The notes beneath the pieces were generated by a model. It was not told where the DNA came from, made no database searches, and was given only the letters and a program-made list of their open reading frames with translations. Made by a program: the position numbers and the translations under genes. Shown piece after piece: positions 8,897 through 17,042 of a stretch of 64,000 nucleotides of DNA (the stretch's first letter is position 1; the number at the start of each line of letters is the position of its first letter). Source of the stretch: Candidatus Woesearchaeota archaeon (GTDB taxonomy: Archaea; Nanobdellota; Nanobdellia; Pacearchaeales; GW2011-AR1); the NCBI GenBank assembly GCA_964514585.1, contig CAZETU010000002.1, positions 65,486-129,485 of the forward strand. The letters are read 5' to 3'.

Positions 8897-10452
8897 TGGT
8901 AGATTTGATTGGCGAGGAAGAATTTACTAAGGCCATTAATGGTGTTAAGGAAAAGTCTGAGCCTAAGATTGAGAAGAAAGTTGAGAAGCCGAAGAGAGTA
9001 GAGAAGTCTAAGGTTGTGAAACCAAAGAGGTCTGAGAGAAGGGCAGTTAAAAAATTAGAGAAGAAAATTAAGAAGGCTAGGAAAGCTGAAAAAAAGGTTA
9101 TGAGAAAACTTGAAAAAAAATTGAAGAAATCTGTTGTTAAGTCGAAGTCTAAGATTGCATCTAAGGTTGAGCCTAAACTTGAGAAGAAGGTTGAGCCAAA
9201 GCCTGAAAAAAAGATAGAGGCTGGAGTTGTTCCTATTATTATTCCAAAGCTAGATAAAAAAATTGTTTCTGGGGTCGTGTCTGAAGTTAAGCCTAAGTTT
9301 AGTTTGGGGATTAGTAAAATGATTGCTAAGCGGTCTGAGAAGAAGGAACAGAAAAAAATTGAAAAGAAATTTAAGAAGGCCGAGAAGAAACTCAATAAGG
9401 AACTTTCTGTTAAGTCTAAGGTTAAGAATAAGCCTGTTGTTAAGGTGGGGCCTAAGGTTGCGGCTAAGGTTGAGAAAACCTTTGCTAAAGTTGATAAGAA
9501 AACTGTTTCTGAAGCTGCGGTTCCTGTTGCGAGGAATATTCGTCGTACTTCTCATGAGAAAGAGGCTGGCAGAAATAAATTGATGATTGGTGTTGGTGTT
9601 ATTACTGGTGCCGTTTTTGGTGCTGGTTTTCTTTTGTTGAAGAAAAGTGTTATCTTCTCGATTTCGGTTTTTTTCTTGGTGGCTGTTTTGTTTATGGTTT
9701 CTATTCGTGTTAATAAATCATTAAAGAAAACTGCTGAGGTGAATAAAATGGAAAAGGTATTTCCTGATTTTTTACAATTGGTTTCGGGTAATCTGAGGGC
9801 GGGCATAACTATTGATAAGGCTATTTTGCTTAGTGCTAGGAAAGAGTTTGAGCCGCTTGATGCTGAGATAATGAGAATTGGTAAAGATATCACGACGGGA
9901 CGGAGTATGGAAAAATCCTTGGCGGATATGTCGGCTAGGATAGATTCTGAAAAAATTAAGAAGACGATTACTTTGATTACTTCTGGTTTGCGGGCTGGTG
10001 GGAATTTGGCGATTTTGCTTGAGAGGACGGCTTCAAATATGAGAGAGCGGTCTTTTGTTGAGAAGAGGGCAGCCTCTAATGTTTTGATGTATGAGATTTT
10101 TATTTTTGTTGCTGTTGCAATTGGGGCTCCGGCGCTGTTTGCTCTTTCGACTATTTTGGTTCAAGCAATGACTGGGATGATGGCCTCGACTCCTGCGATG
10201 GATGCGAGTGTTGCGAATCTGAATGTTCCCTTTTCGTTTTCGGGGATTAGTATTTCGATGAATTTTATTGTCTATTATTCTATGGCTTTTATGATTACAA
10301 TTGGGGCTTTGTCTTCCTTGATTATTGGTTTGGTTAGCAAGGGAGATGAGAAGGCGGGTTTAAAATATTTAATTCCTATAGTTATTTCGGGTCTTGTGAT
10401 ATTTTGGACGATTAGGTATTTCTTGGCTGATTTTGTATCGGGGTTATTTTAA
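8896..10452 (+). CDS. T2SS-F-domain platform protein (TadC-like half) with ~200-aa Lys-rich N-terminal extension
   Basis: C-terminal part FPDFLQLVSGNLRAGITIDKAILL..KSLADM.. plus TM segments. N-terminal KKxEK low-complexity repeats. Confidence 0.7.
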   Translation: MVDLIGEEEFTKAINGVKEKSEPKIEKKVEKPKRVEKSKVVKPKRSERRAVKKLEKKIKKARKAEKKVMRKLEKKLKKSVVKSKSKIASKVEPKLEKKVEPKPEKKIEAGVVPIIIPKLDKKIVSGVVSEVKPKFSLGISKMIAKRSEKKEQKKIEKKFKKAEKKLNKELSVKSKVKNKPVVKVGPKVAAKVEKTFAKVDKKTVSEAAVPVARNIRRTSHEKEAGRNKLMIGVGVITGAVFGAGFLLLKKSVIFSISVFFLVAVLFMVSIRVNKSLKKTAEVNKMEKVFPDFLQLVSGNLRAGITIDKAILLSARKEFEPLDAEIMRIGKDITTGRSMEKSLADMSARIDSEKIKKTITLITSGLRAGGNLAILLERTASNMRERSFVEKRAASNVLMYEIFIFVAVAIGAPALFALSTILVQAMTGMMASTPAMDASVANLNVPFSFSGISISMNFIVYYSMAFMITIGALSSLIIGLVSKGDEKAGLKYLIPIVISGLVIFWTIRYFLADFVSGLF

Positions 10453-10453
10453 A

Positions 10454-11377
10454 ATGAAAAATAAAAGAGGGGTGTTTTTTACGGTGGTTGTAATTTTTAT
10501 TCTGACTTTGTTTTTTATGTCGTATACTATTTATGATGTTGTTGTGGACCGAAGTGCTGTGAATAGGCGTGTTGAAACTTTGAATAATTTTGTTTCGTCG
10601 GTTGAGCATGATATCCCTCGTTATTTATACGTTGCTGGGTTTAGGTCCATTTTTCTTGTACATGAGGAAATTGTTGCTTCTAATAATTATATTGGGAGTG
10701 TTAATGATTCTTTTCAGGAGTTGTTTTATAATGGGAGCTTGGGCGGGGCTACAAAAACTTTAATGAATGGTGCGAAGTTTGACGATATGAAGGATGCGTT
10801 TGAGACGTCTAGTTTGAAGATAAATGCGAATGTTGATTTTTCTTCTCCTGCGATTTCTGTTGATCAGGTTGATCCTTGGAATATTCGCGTTAAGTTGAGT
10901 ATTGGCGTGAAGATTGAGGATGTTGGAGGGTTGGTTCGATGGGATAGGAATATGTCGACTTATGCTCTTATTCCGATTGAGGGTTTTGAGGATCCGTTGT
11001 ATTTGATTGAGACTGGGCAGGTTACGAATTCTTTTTATGAAACTCCGTATACTGATTTTGTTTTGGGTGCTGATACTAGTAATTTTAGTTTGCATATTCA
11101 GAATTCTTATTATTATGCTTCGGACTCGGCTCCGAGTTTTTTGAAGCGGTTTGAGGGAGACAATAGTCCTGATTCTAATGGTATAGAGTCTTTTGTTTAT
11201 TTGCCGAAGCTGACGGCGCAGGGTCTTTCAGCTCAGGATAAGTCTGTTATCGATTATATTTATTTTTCGAGTGACGATCCTTTAGATTATGGGATTTCTG
11301 GTATGCCTTCTTGGTTTAATATTGATAATGAGTCGGCGCACTTGGAAGATTATGGTGTTGACGGTTTAATTGTTTAG
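10454..11377 (+). CDS. Membrane-anchored extracellular protein (pilin-like N-terminus)
   Basis: MKNKRGVFFTVVVIFILTLFFMS. ATG lies 1 nt after the upstream stop. Confidence 0.55.
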   Translation: MKNKRGVFFTVVVIFILTLFFMSYTIYDVVVDRSAVNRRVETLNNFVSSVEHDIPRYLYVAGFRSIFLVHEEIVASNNYIGSVNDSFQELFYNGSLGGATKTLMNGAKFDDMKDAFETSSLKINANVDFSSPAISVDQVDPWNIRVKLSIGVKIEDVGGLVRWDRNMSTYALIPIEGFEDPLYLIETGQVTNSFYETPYTDFVLGADTSNFSLHIQNSYYYASDSAPSFLKRFEGDNSPDSNGIESFVYLPKLTAQGLSAQDKSVIDYIYFSSDDPLDYGISGMPSWFNIDNESAHLEDYGVDGLIV

Positions 11378-11411
11378 TTAATTTTTTATACTCGGTTTGT
11401 TTGTTTGTTTA

Positions 11412-11798
11412 ATGAGGAGAGATTGGATTATTATTGCTTTGATGGTTTTTTTTGCGTTGGCTGTAATTGCGCTTATCGTTGGTGAGTTTTTTGAAGGAGA
11501 GGAGCCGGTTGCGAATTCTGGTTCTGATAGTGTTGGGAGTTCTGTAGAGGTTCCTGTTGATGTAAATGATAATGAGTCTTCTTTTGATAATGTTGCTAGT
11601 GTTGGTGGTGGAACTGGCGGCGGTGATTCTGGTGGTGGAGCTGGTAGTAGTGTTCCTGTGGTTTATGGAGATTCTATTCCTGATATAGCTGCTAATCCTT
11701 GTGGTTATTATTTCGAAGGTTATGGAATTTGTGATGGGACTTGTCCTGATGGGGAGTGTACTCAAGATGGTGGAAGTTGTTATTGTAAGAAGAGTTAA
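11412..11798 (+). CDS. Small anchored Gly/Ser-rich protein with C-terminal 6-Cys module
   Basis: MRRDWIIIALMVFFALAVIALIV...CGYYFEGYGICDGTCPDGECTQDGGSCYC. TATA-like box at 11383-11392. Confidence 0.55.
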   Translation: MRRDWIIIALMVFFALAVIALIVGEFFEGEEPVANSGSDSVGSSVEVPVDVNDNESSFDNVASVGGGTGGGDSGGGAGSSVPVVYGDSIPDIAANPCGYYFEGYGICDGTCPDGECTQDGGSCYCKKS

Positions 11799-11828
11799 TT
11801 TTATAATGTTTGGGGATTTGTTTTAGTT

Positions 11829-12206
11829 ATGGATGTATCACGCACAGGTGTACCCTCTTTAGGAGATTCTGAAAATTTCGATACTAAACGGGCATGTGTG
11901 TTTTGTAAGATTGTGAAAGGTGAGATTCCTTGTGAGAAAGTTTTGGAGCGGGATAATTTTATTGTGATAAAGGATGTTAACCCTAAAGTTGAGGGGCATT
12001 TGTTGGTTATTCCGAATGAGCATTATAAGAATTTTTTAGACTTACCTTCTGAGTTGTATGAGGATTTATTGAAGACTGTTAAGGATGTTTTGAATGAGAA
12101 AGGGATTGAGGATTTTAATTTAGCTGTCGTGGGAGAATTAGTTCCCCATTTTCACTTGCATGTCTTGCCTAGGCGCGAGGGAGACGGGTTCAGTTTGAAT
12201 TGCTGA
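11829..12206 (+). CDS. HIT-family (histidine triad) nucleotide hydrolase
   Basis: CVFCKIVKGEIP...HLLVIPNEH...HFHLHVLPR. The first ~22 codons coincide with the conserved leader element, so the true start may be internal. Confidence 0.85.
   Translation: MDVSRTGVPSLGDSENFDTKRACVFCKIVKGEIPCEKVLERDNFIVIKDVNPKVEGHLLVIPNEHYKNFLDLPSELYEDLLKTVKDVLNEKGIEDFNLAVVGELVPHFHLHVLPRREGDGFSLNC
11839..11894 (+). promoter_or_regulatory. Conserved ~56-nt 5' leader element, copy A
   Basis: cacgcacaggtgtaccctctttaggagattctgaaaatttcgatactaaacgggca is about 80% identical to 24195-24251. Confidence 0.6.
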
Positions 12207-12449
12207 GGTTTCTTTCTTGTGTGTTATTTTATTTATTGTGAAGTTGATTGTGGCTCCGATTAGTGCGACGATTAGCAGATTGATGACCATTGTAAGGACG
12301 GGGATGGTTGTACCGACGATTTTTATTGCGAGAGTTGTTGGGAATATAAAGATTTGCCAGATTGGGTAAATTGGATATTGCATTAGGAGGGCGACGCAGA
12401 AAAGGTAAAGGCATGCTGAGATTAACCACCACTTTAGTTTGATTTGCAT
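12138..12449 (-). CDS. Small integral membrane protein
   Basis: Three hydrophobic segments. The 3' end overlaps the HIT gene by 69 nt (convergent), so the C-terminus is uncertain. Confidence 0.45.
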   Translation of the reverse strand: MQIKLKWWLISACLYLFCVALLMQYPIYPIWQIFIFPTTLAIKIVGTTIPVLTMVINLLIVALIGATINFTINKITHKKETSAIQTEPVSLAPRQDMQVKMGN

Positions 12450-12479
12450 GAAAGATATAGGAATTTGTTATTTAAGAAA

Positions 12480-13868
12480 TTATTCTTTTTTCTTTTCTTT
12501 TGGAAGATCTAGTCCGATGTGTACGTCTTTCAATTGTTGTTTTGAAAGTGAACTTGGTGCATCGAGCATTAGGTCTTTTGCTTCTTTGTTTTTAGGGAAT
12601 GCGATTGTTTCTCTGATTGATTCTGCTCCGAGTACGATTTGGACAAGTCGGTCTAGACCCCATGCGATTCCGCCGTGAGGAGGTGCTCCGAATTTTAGGG
12701 CGTCAAGTAGGAAGCCGAATTTTTCTCTTTGTTCTTCTGGGTTGATTCCTAAAACTTCGAAAACTTTTGCTTGGATTTCTTCTTCGTGGATTCTGATTGA
12801 ACCGCCACCGATTTCAGTTCCGTTTAAGACGATGTCGTATGCGATTGATTTTGCTGTCTCTGGGTCTTTGTTGAACGATTCCATTTCTGGATGTGTGAAT
12901 GGGTGGTGTGTTGCAATCATTTTTCCTTTTCCTTCGGATTTATCGAATGCAGGGAAATCTACAACCCAGCAGAATGCAAATTCTTTTGGATCGTCTTTAT
13001 TTTTTCTTAAGTCTGGTCGGTCGATTCCGTATTTTTTCATTGACTCATCGTAGGAGATTCTTTGGAATGGGGTTTGTATGTCGACGTTTAAGATTTCTTT
13101 CCAGATTTTTTTTAGTAATTTTTCTGTTATTGCGATTATGTCGTCTTGTGTTACGAATGACATTTCTAGGTCTAGTTGTGTGAATTCTGGTTGTCGGTCT
13201 GACCTAAGGTCTTCATCTCTCATACATTTTGCAATTTGAAAATATTTTTCGAAACCTGCGACCATTAAGAGTTGTTTGAATAATTGTGGGGATTGTGGAA
13301 GTGCGAAGAATTTTCCTGGTTGAGTTCTTGAGGGGACGACATAATCTCGTGCTCCTTCTGGAGTTGATTTTGCTAGAATTGGAGTTTCAAATTCGCTGAA
13401 ACCTTCTTCGTGAAGAGTGTCTCTGATTACTTTGATAATTTTACTTCTTATGATTAGGTTCTTTTGCATTTCTGGTCTTCGTAGGTCAAGGTATCTGTAT
13501 TTTAATCTGATTTCTTCGTTTGTATCTTGGTTATCTAAGTCGAAAGGCAGAGCTGGGCATTTGTTGTAAACTTCTAGTTCTTCGATTTTTATTTCTACGC
13601 CGCCCGCTGGAGAATTTTTGTTTTCTGTTCCTTTGGGTCGTTCGTTTACTTGCCCTTTGACTCTTATACAAGATTCTTTAGTTAGGGATTTTGCTGTTTC
13701 GAAATTTTTTTCGTTTTTTGCTGTGACAACTGTTTGGACTGTTCCAGTTATATCTCGGATTTCTAAGAATGTGATTTTCCCATGTTCTCTGATTGTGTCG
13801 ATCCATCCTGCTATCTCTACGTTTTTTCCGATTTTTTCTGGCAGGTTTTTGATCATTATTCTTTGCAT
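12480..13868 (-). CDS. aspS: Aspartyl-tRNA synthetase, bacterial-type core lacking the GAD insertion domain
   Basis: FFALPQSPQLFKQLLMVAGFEKYFQIAKCMRDEDLRSDRQPEFTQLDLEMSF; GGGSIRIH; QREKFGFLLDALKFGAPPHGGIAWGLDRL. Confidence 0.9.
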   Translation of the reverse strand: MQRIMIKNLPEKIGKNVEIAGWIDTIREHGKITFLEIRDITGTVQTVVTAKNEKNFETAKSLTKESCIRVKGQVNERPKGTENKNSPAGGVEIKIEELEVYNKCPALPFDLDNQDTNEEIRLKYRYLDLRRPEMQKNLIIRSKIIKVIRDTLHEEGFSEFETPILAKSTPEGARDYVVPSRTQPGKFFALPQSPQLFKQLLMVAGFEKYFQIAKCMRDEDLRSDRQPEFTQLDLEMSFVTQDDIIAITEKLLKKIWKEILNVDIQTPFQRISYDESMKKYGIDRPDLRKNKDDPKEFAFCWVVDFPAFDKSEGKGKMIATHHPFTHPEMESFNKDPETAKSIAYDIVLNGTEIGGGSIRIHEEEIQAKVFEVLGINPEEQREKFGFLLDALKFGAPPHGGIAWGLDRLVQIVLGAESIRETIAFPKNKEAKDLMLDAPSSLSKQQLKDVHIGLDLPKEKKKE

Positions 13869-13923
13869 ATTATTTTAGAGTTTGGAGGGTTTATAAAATT
13901 GTTGGGGAGGTAATGTTTTTATA

Positions 13924-14184
13924 GTGAGTTTGATTTGGTTGTTTATGGATGTTGAAAATTTGGAGAATGCGATTAATGATGCTACGCAAGAGTCTGTGCC
14001 TGAAGCTAATAAAGAAGCTGAGGTTCCTCAAATGTCTGCTGAAGAAGAGGTTGGTTTTCACAAGGGGGCCTTGAATACTTTGTCGGCGGAGAGGAATGAG
14101 TTGGTTAAAATGGTTGGGAATGTTGAAGCGATAATGCAGGCGCATATTAAGAGGTTGAAGGAATTGGGGGTTGATTTGAAATGA
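13924..14184 (+). CDS. Hypothetical acidic coiled-coil protein
   Basis: ORF with TATA at 13890-13898. Start is either GTG 13924 (leaderless spacing) or ATG 13945. Confidence 0.45.
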   Translation: MSLIWLFMDVENLENAINDATQESVPEANKEAEVPQMSAEEEVGFHKGALNTLSAERNELVKMVGNVEAIMQAHIKRLKELGVDLK

Positions 14185-14342
14185 AGAGTAAAAAAAATAT
14201 GTTTTGGGTGGCCGGGATTAGTGGGGCTATTGGTGGTGCCTTTGGTGCGGCTTCTGGATCTAACAGTTGGATTGTTGTTATGTGTGTTTCTGCTGTTATA
14301 GCTTTGTTTGTTGCGTGGGCAGCTAGCGGAGTTTTGAAGTAG
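14181..14342 (+). CDS. Small membrane protein (53 aa)
   Basis: MKSKKNMFWVAGISGAIGGAFGAASGSNSWIVVMCVSAVIALFVAWAASGVLK. ATGA overlap with the upstream ORF. Below the track length cutoff. Confidence 0.5.
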   Translation: MKSKKNMFWVAGISGAIGGAFGAASGSNSWIVVMCVSAVIALFVAWAASGVLK

Positions 14343-14383
14343 GGTTGAACGTTGTGATTTAACGAAGTCGTTGAATGTGATTT

Positions 14384-14411
14384 GGGAAAAATGCGAGCCG
14401 AGCATTTTCCC
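14384..14411 (+). other. Stem-loop in a 230-nt non-coding gap
   Basis: gggaaaaatgc-gagccga-gcattttccc (about 10 bp with one bulge). Confidence 0.35.
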
Positions 14412-14572
14412 GTTAAATTCCTGTTATGTTTCCCTACGACTGAAAGGAGGAGAACGCAGTGTGGCAAAATTCAAAGAATTTTGGGTTCGGAATTTGGGTG
14501 TTACCTGTATTAACTTCATAGTAGCAAAAGTATCGAAAGATTTATAAAGATTAAAGAAATTCTAAATGCAAT

Positions 14573-14908
14573 ATGGTAAATCAAAGTAAAGAGAATGATC
14601 CAAGATTTTGGAGAAAATGGAGAGCATCTGGTGCTGTATCTAGTGGGAATGAACATTTAGACAAGTGTTTAGCCAGTGCTGCTAGATTTGAATTAGAAGG
14701 AAAAGTTGCTGAAGCAGGAATTATGCGAGTAGTAGCAAGGAATGATTATTCAAATTGGGTATCTATTCCTAAACCTCCATTGGGCGAAGTTGTACGTTTA
14801 CATCAAGCGTATGAGGGAACGGATAAATGTTTATATTGCGATAAGCCAATAAATAAATGGATTCCAGTGGAAAAGTGTCTCCCAAGATATAATAAAAAAG
14901 TTGTTTAG
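14573..14908 (+). CDS. Hypothetical protein (codon usage atypical for a plus-strand gene)
   Basis: Intact 111-aa ORF with TATA at about 14541. Many A-ending codons, unlike neighbouring + genes. Confidence 0.5.
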   Translation: MVNQSKENDPRFWRKWRASGAVSSGNEHLDKCLASAARFELEGKVAEAGIMRVVARNDYSNWVSIPKPPLGEVVRLHQAYEGTDKCLYCDKPINKWIPVEKCLPRYNKKVV

Positions 14909-14996
14909 GGCAATTTGATTTTTTTAGGTGAAGTGTGAGGCGAGGCTCTTTTCTTGCTTCTAATAATTAAAATTTTGTTTCTACTAACATGAATTT

Positions 14997-16385
14997 TTAC
15001 ATCAATTCTTTCAAAATATCGGCGACTTCTTTGCCTGAAACTTGTCCTTTGAATTTGCCCATGATTAAACCCATGTATGCTCCTTGAGATAAGCCTGGTT
15101 TTTCTTTGATAATTTTCTCGGCTTCGGATTTTAGGTCAATGTCTGATTTCTCCATTGCTTCTTCTAATGATTTTCCTTGAGCGATTTTTTGCATTATTGT
15201 TTTAACATCGTTTGGTGCGATTTTTTTATTTTCAACATGTTCTAGAATTTCTTCTAGTTTGTCTGTGTCTATTTTATTTTCTGTCTGAAATAGGGTTAGC
15301 ATTTTTGCGACGAGGTTGGGGTGGTTGTGTTCGTGTATTAGGGTTTTGAAATCTTCGGTTCTTTTTTGTTTTAGGATTAGTTTCATTAGTTCTTCGTTGA
15401 GGCCGAATTCTTTTAGATAGCTTTTATGTTCGGATGCTAGTTTTGGCAGGTTCTTTTTTATTTCGTTGGTTAGATCTCTTGAGATTTTTAGAAGTGGGAC
15501 GTCGGTTTCTGGGTACATTCTTGCGGCTCCTGGCATTGGTCTTAGGAATTCTGATGTGCCTTCGGGTAATGCGTTTCTTACTTCTTGTTGGCATGATTTT
15601 TCTTTGACGCAATTTTTTTGTCTTTCTATTTCTATGTCAATTGTTTTGATCATCATTTTTGGGTCTTGGAAGCCCTTGATTTCTACTCTTTCGCTTCCTT
15701 TGATTGATATGTTTACGTCTTGCCTGATTGTTCCGATTCCTCTTTTTACATTACAGGCTCTTAGGATTTCTCCGATTTTTAATGCAGCTTCTTTGATTTC
15801 TTCTGGGGTGTGCATGTGTGGGCCAGTTGCGATTTCTACTAGTGGGATACCTAGCCTATCTAGTTTGTAGGTTTTTGAATTTTCATCTTCGGATACTGGT
15901 CTTGCTGAGTCTTCTTCTAGCATTACGGCGTCGATTGATATTTTTCCTGCTGAGGTTTCTATGTATCCGTCGTGGGCAATCATTACTGTTCTTTGGAAGC
16001 CTGATGTGTTTGATCCGTTGACGACAGTTTTTCGCATGATTTGGGCGACTGGGAAAATTTTGCAGTTAAGTAAGAATGATATTTGTAAAGCTATTTTTAG
16101 GGCGTCTTGATTGATTTCGTGAGGAGGTTCTTCATCTAGTTCGACAAGGCAGTTTGTGTCGTAGACTTGGTATGTGAAGTTTTTGTTCTGTTCTGCTTCG
16201 TGTTTCGCTGCGATGTCTACTATACCTGTTTCGCCTACTACTGGGTTTAGGGTCCTTTTAATTATATATTGCGGTTCGTCGCTTCGGAGAATTGAGGGGC
16301 AATTGCAGAAAAGTTTATTTGTATTTAGTTGTTGGTGAATTTCTAGTCCTGCTTTTAGCCCGAGTTTTTTGTAGTCGTGTTCCAT
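14997..16385 (-). CDS. gatE: Glu-tRNA(Gln) amidotransferase subunit E, short form
   Basis: MEHDYKKLGLKAGLEIHQQLNTNKLFCNCPS is a GatE-type N-terminus. C-terminal YqeY-like tail. Only 462 aa. Confidence 0.8.
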   Translation of the reverse strand: MEHDYKKLGLKAGLEIHQQLNTNKLFCNCPSILRSDEPQYIIKRTLNPVVGETGIVDIAAKHEAEQNKNFTYQVYDTNCLVELDEEPPHEINQDALKIALQISFLLNCKIFPVAQIMRKTVVNGSNTSGFQRTVMIAHDGYIETSAGKISIDAVMLEEDSARPVSEDENSKTYKLDRLGIPLVEIATGPHMHTPEEIKEAALKIGEILRACNVKRGIGTIRQDVNISIKGSERVEIKGFQDPKMMIKTIDIEIERQKNCVKEKSCQQEVRNALPEGTSEFLRPMPGAARMYPETDVPLLKISRDLTNEIKKNLPKLASEHKSYLKEFGLNEELMKLILKQKRTEDFKTLIHEHNHPNLVAKMLTLFQTENKIDTDKLEEILEHVENKKIAPNDVKTIMQKIAQGKSLEEAMEKSDIDLKSEAEKIIKEKPGLSQGAYMGLIMGKFKGQVSGKEVADILKELM

Positions 16386-16455
16386 GTCCTGAAAAAGTGT
16401 GATAAGGTTTAAATAAGTTGTTTTCTTGTTTTGATTAATTAAATTGAGGTAGAAT

Positions 16456-16725
16456 ATGGAATTAAAGAAGATAAATTACGGATTTGCTATGTATTTTGGT
16501 GTCTTTGCTCTAGTCATGTATTTGATTTTGGGTATTCTTCAACTTATCCTTGTAAGGCAAATGCCTGAGTATCAAGCGTTGGTTGGAAATGTTGGCGCTT
16601 TGCAGTTGCTGGTTTATGCTCCTATAATTGGTGGTTTTGTAGCATATTTGTTTATGCTATTGGCGATTTTTGTTTACAACAAGGTTGCTGTTAAGTTTCC
16701 AATTAGTTGGACAGTTAAAAAATAA
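16456..16725 (+). CDS. Small membrane protein
   Basis: Three hydrophobic segments. TATA-like gtttaaataag upstream. Confidence 0.55.
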   Translation: MELKKINYGFAMYFGVFALVMYLILGILQLILVRQMPEYQALVGNVGALQLLVYAPIIGGFVAYLFMLLAIFVYNKVAVKFPISWTVKK

Positions 16726-16765
16726 TTTTATTCTACTCCTATTTATTTTTCTAGGGGTTTTTGTT

Positions 16766-17041
16766 TTAATCTTGTAGTTCGAACTCATCGATAAAGTTAA
16801 TTATCGTTTTATATTTTTCTAGAAACTTGTAGCCTTTTTCTGTTAGGGAAATAAGTTTGTCTTTTTTGTGAATTTTTTCTTCAATAAATTGTTTTCTCAT
16901 TAGGTCATTGAAATATTCTTTGAATCTTGATGAGGAGATGTTTGATTTTCTTAATAGGGGGGTTGGTTTGATTGAGTTGTGATTTGTTTTAACTATTTCT
17001 AAGATATCTTTTATTATTTCGAGTTTTGCTCTTTTTGCCAT
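16766..17041 (-). CDS. Winged-helix DNA-binding protein
   Basis: 91 aa. EIIKDILEIV...ISLTEKGYKFLEKY pattern of small archaeal wHTH regulators. Coupled to the upstream membrane-protein gene. Confidence 0.6.
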   Translation of the reverse strand: MAKRAKLEIIKDILEIVKTNHNSIKPTPLLRKSNISSSRFKEYFNDLMRKQFIEEKIHKKDKLISLTEKGYKFLEKYKTIINFIDEFELQD

Positions 17042-17042
17042 T

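Noticed and set aside
8947-9577. Repetitive DNA inspected as a possible CRISPR or tandem-repeat array.
   Set aside because: The repeats are imperfect, in frame and encode Lys-rich low-complexity protein. There is no repeat-spacer periodicity. No CRISPR array was seen anywhere in the window.
14058-14467. Two overlapping minus-strand ORFs (115 and 106 aa) covering the non-coding gap and the small plus-strand genes.
   Set aside because: They are mutually exclusive, overlap better-supported plus-strand ORFs, have artefact-like composition and lack promoter context.
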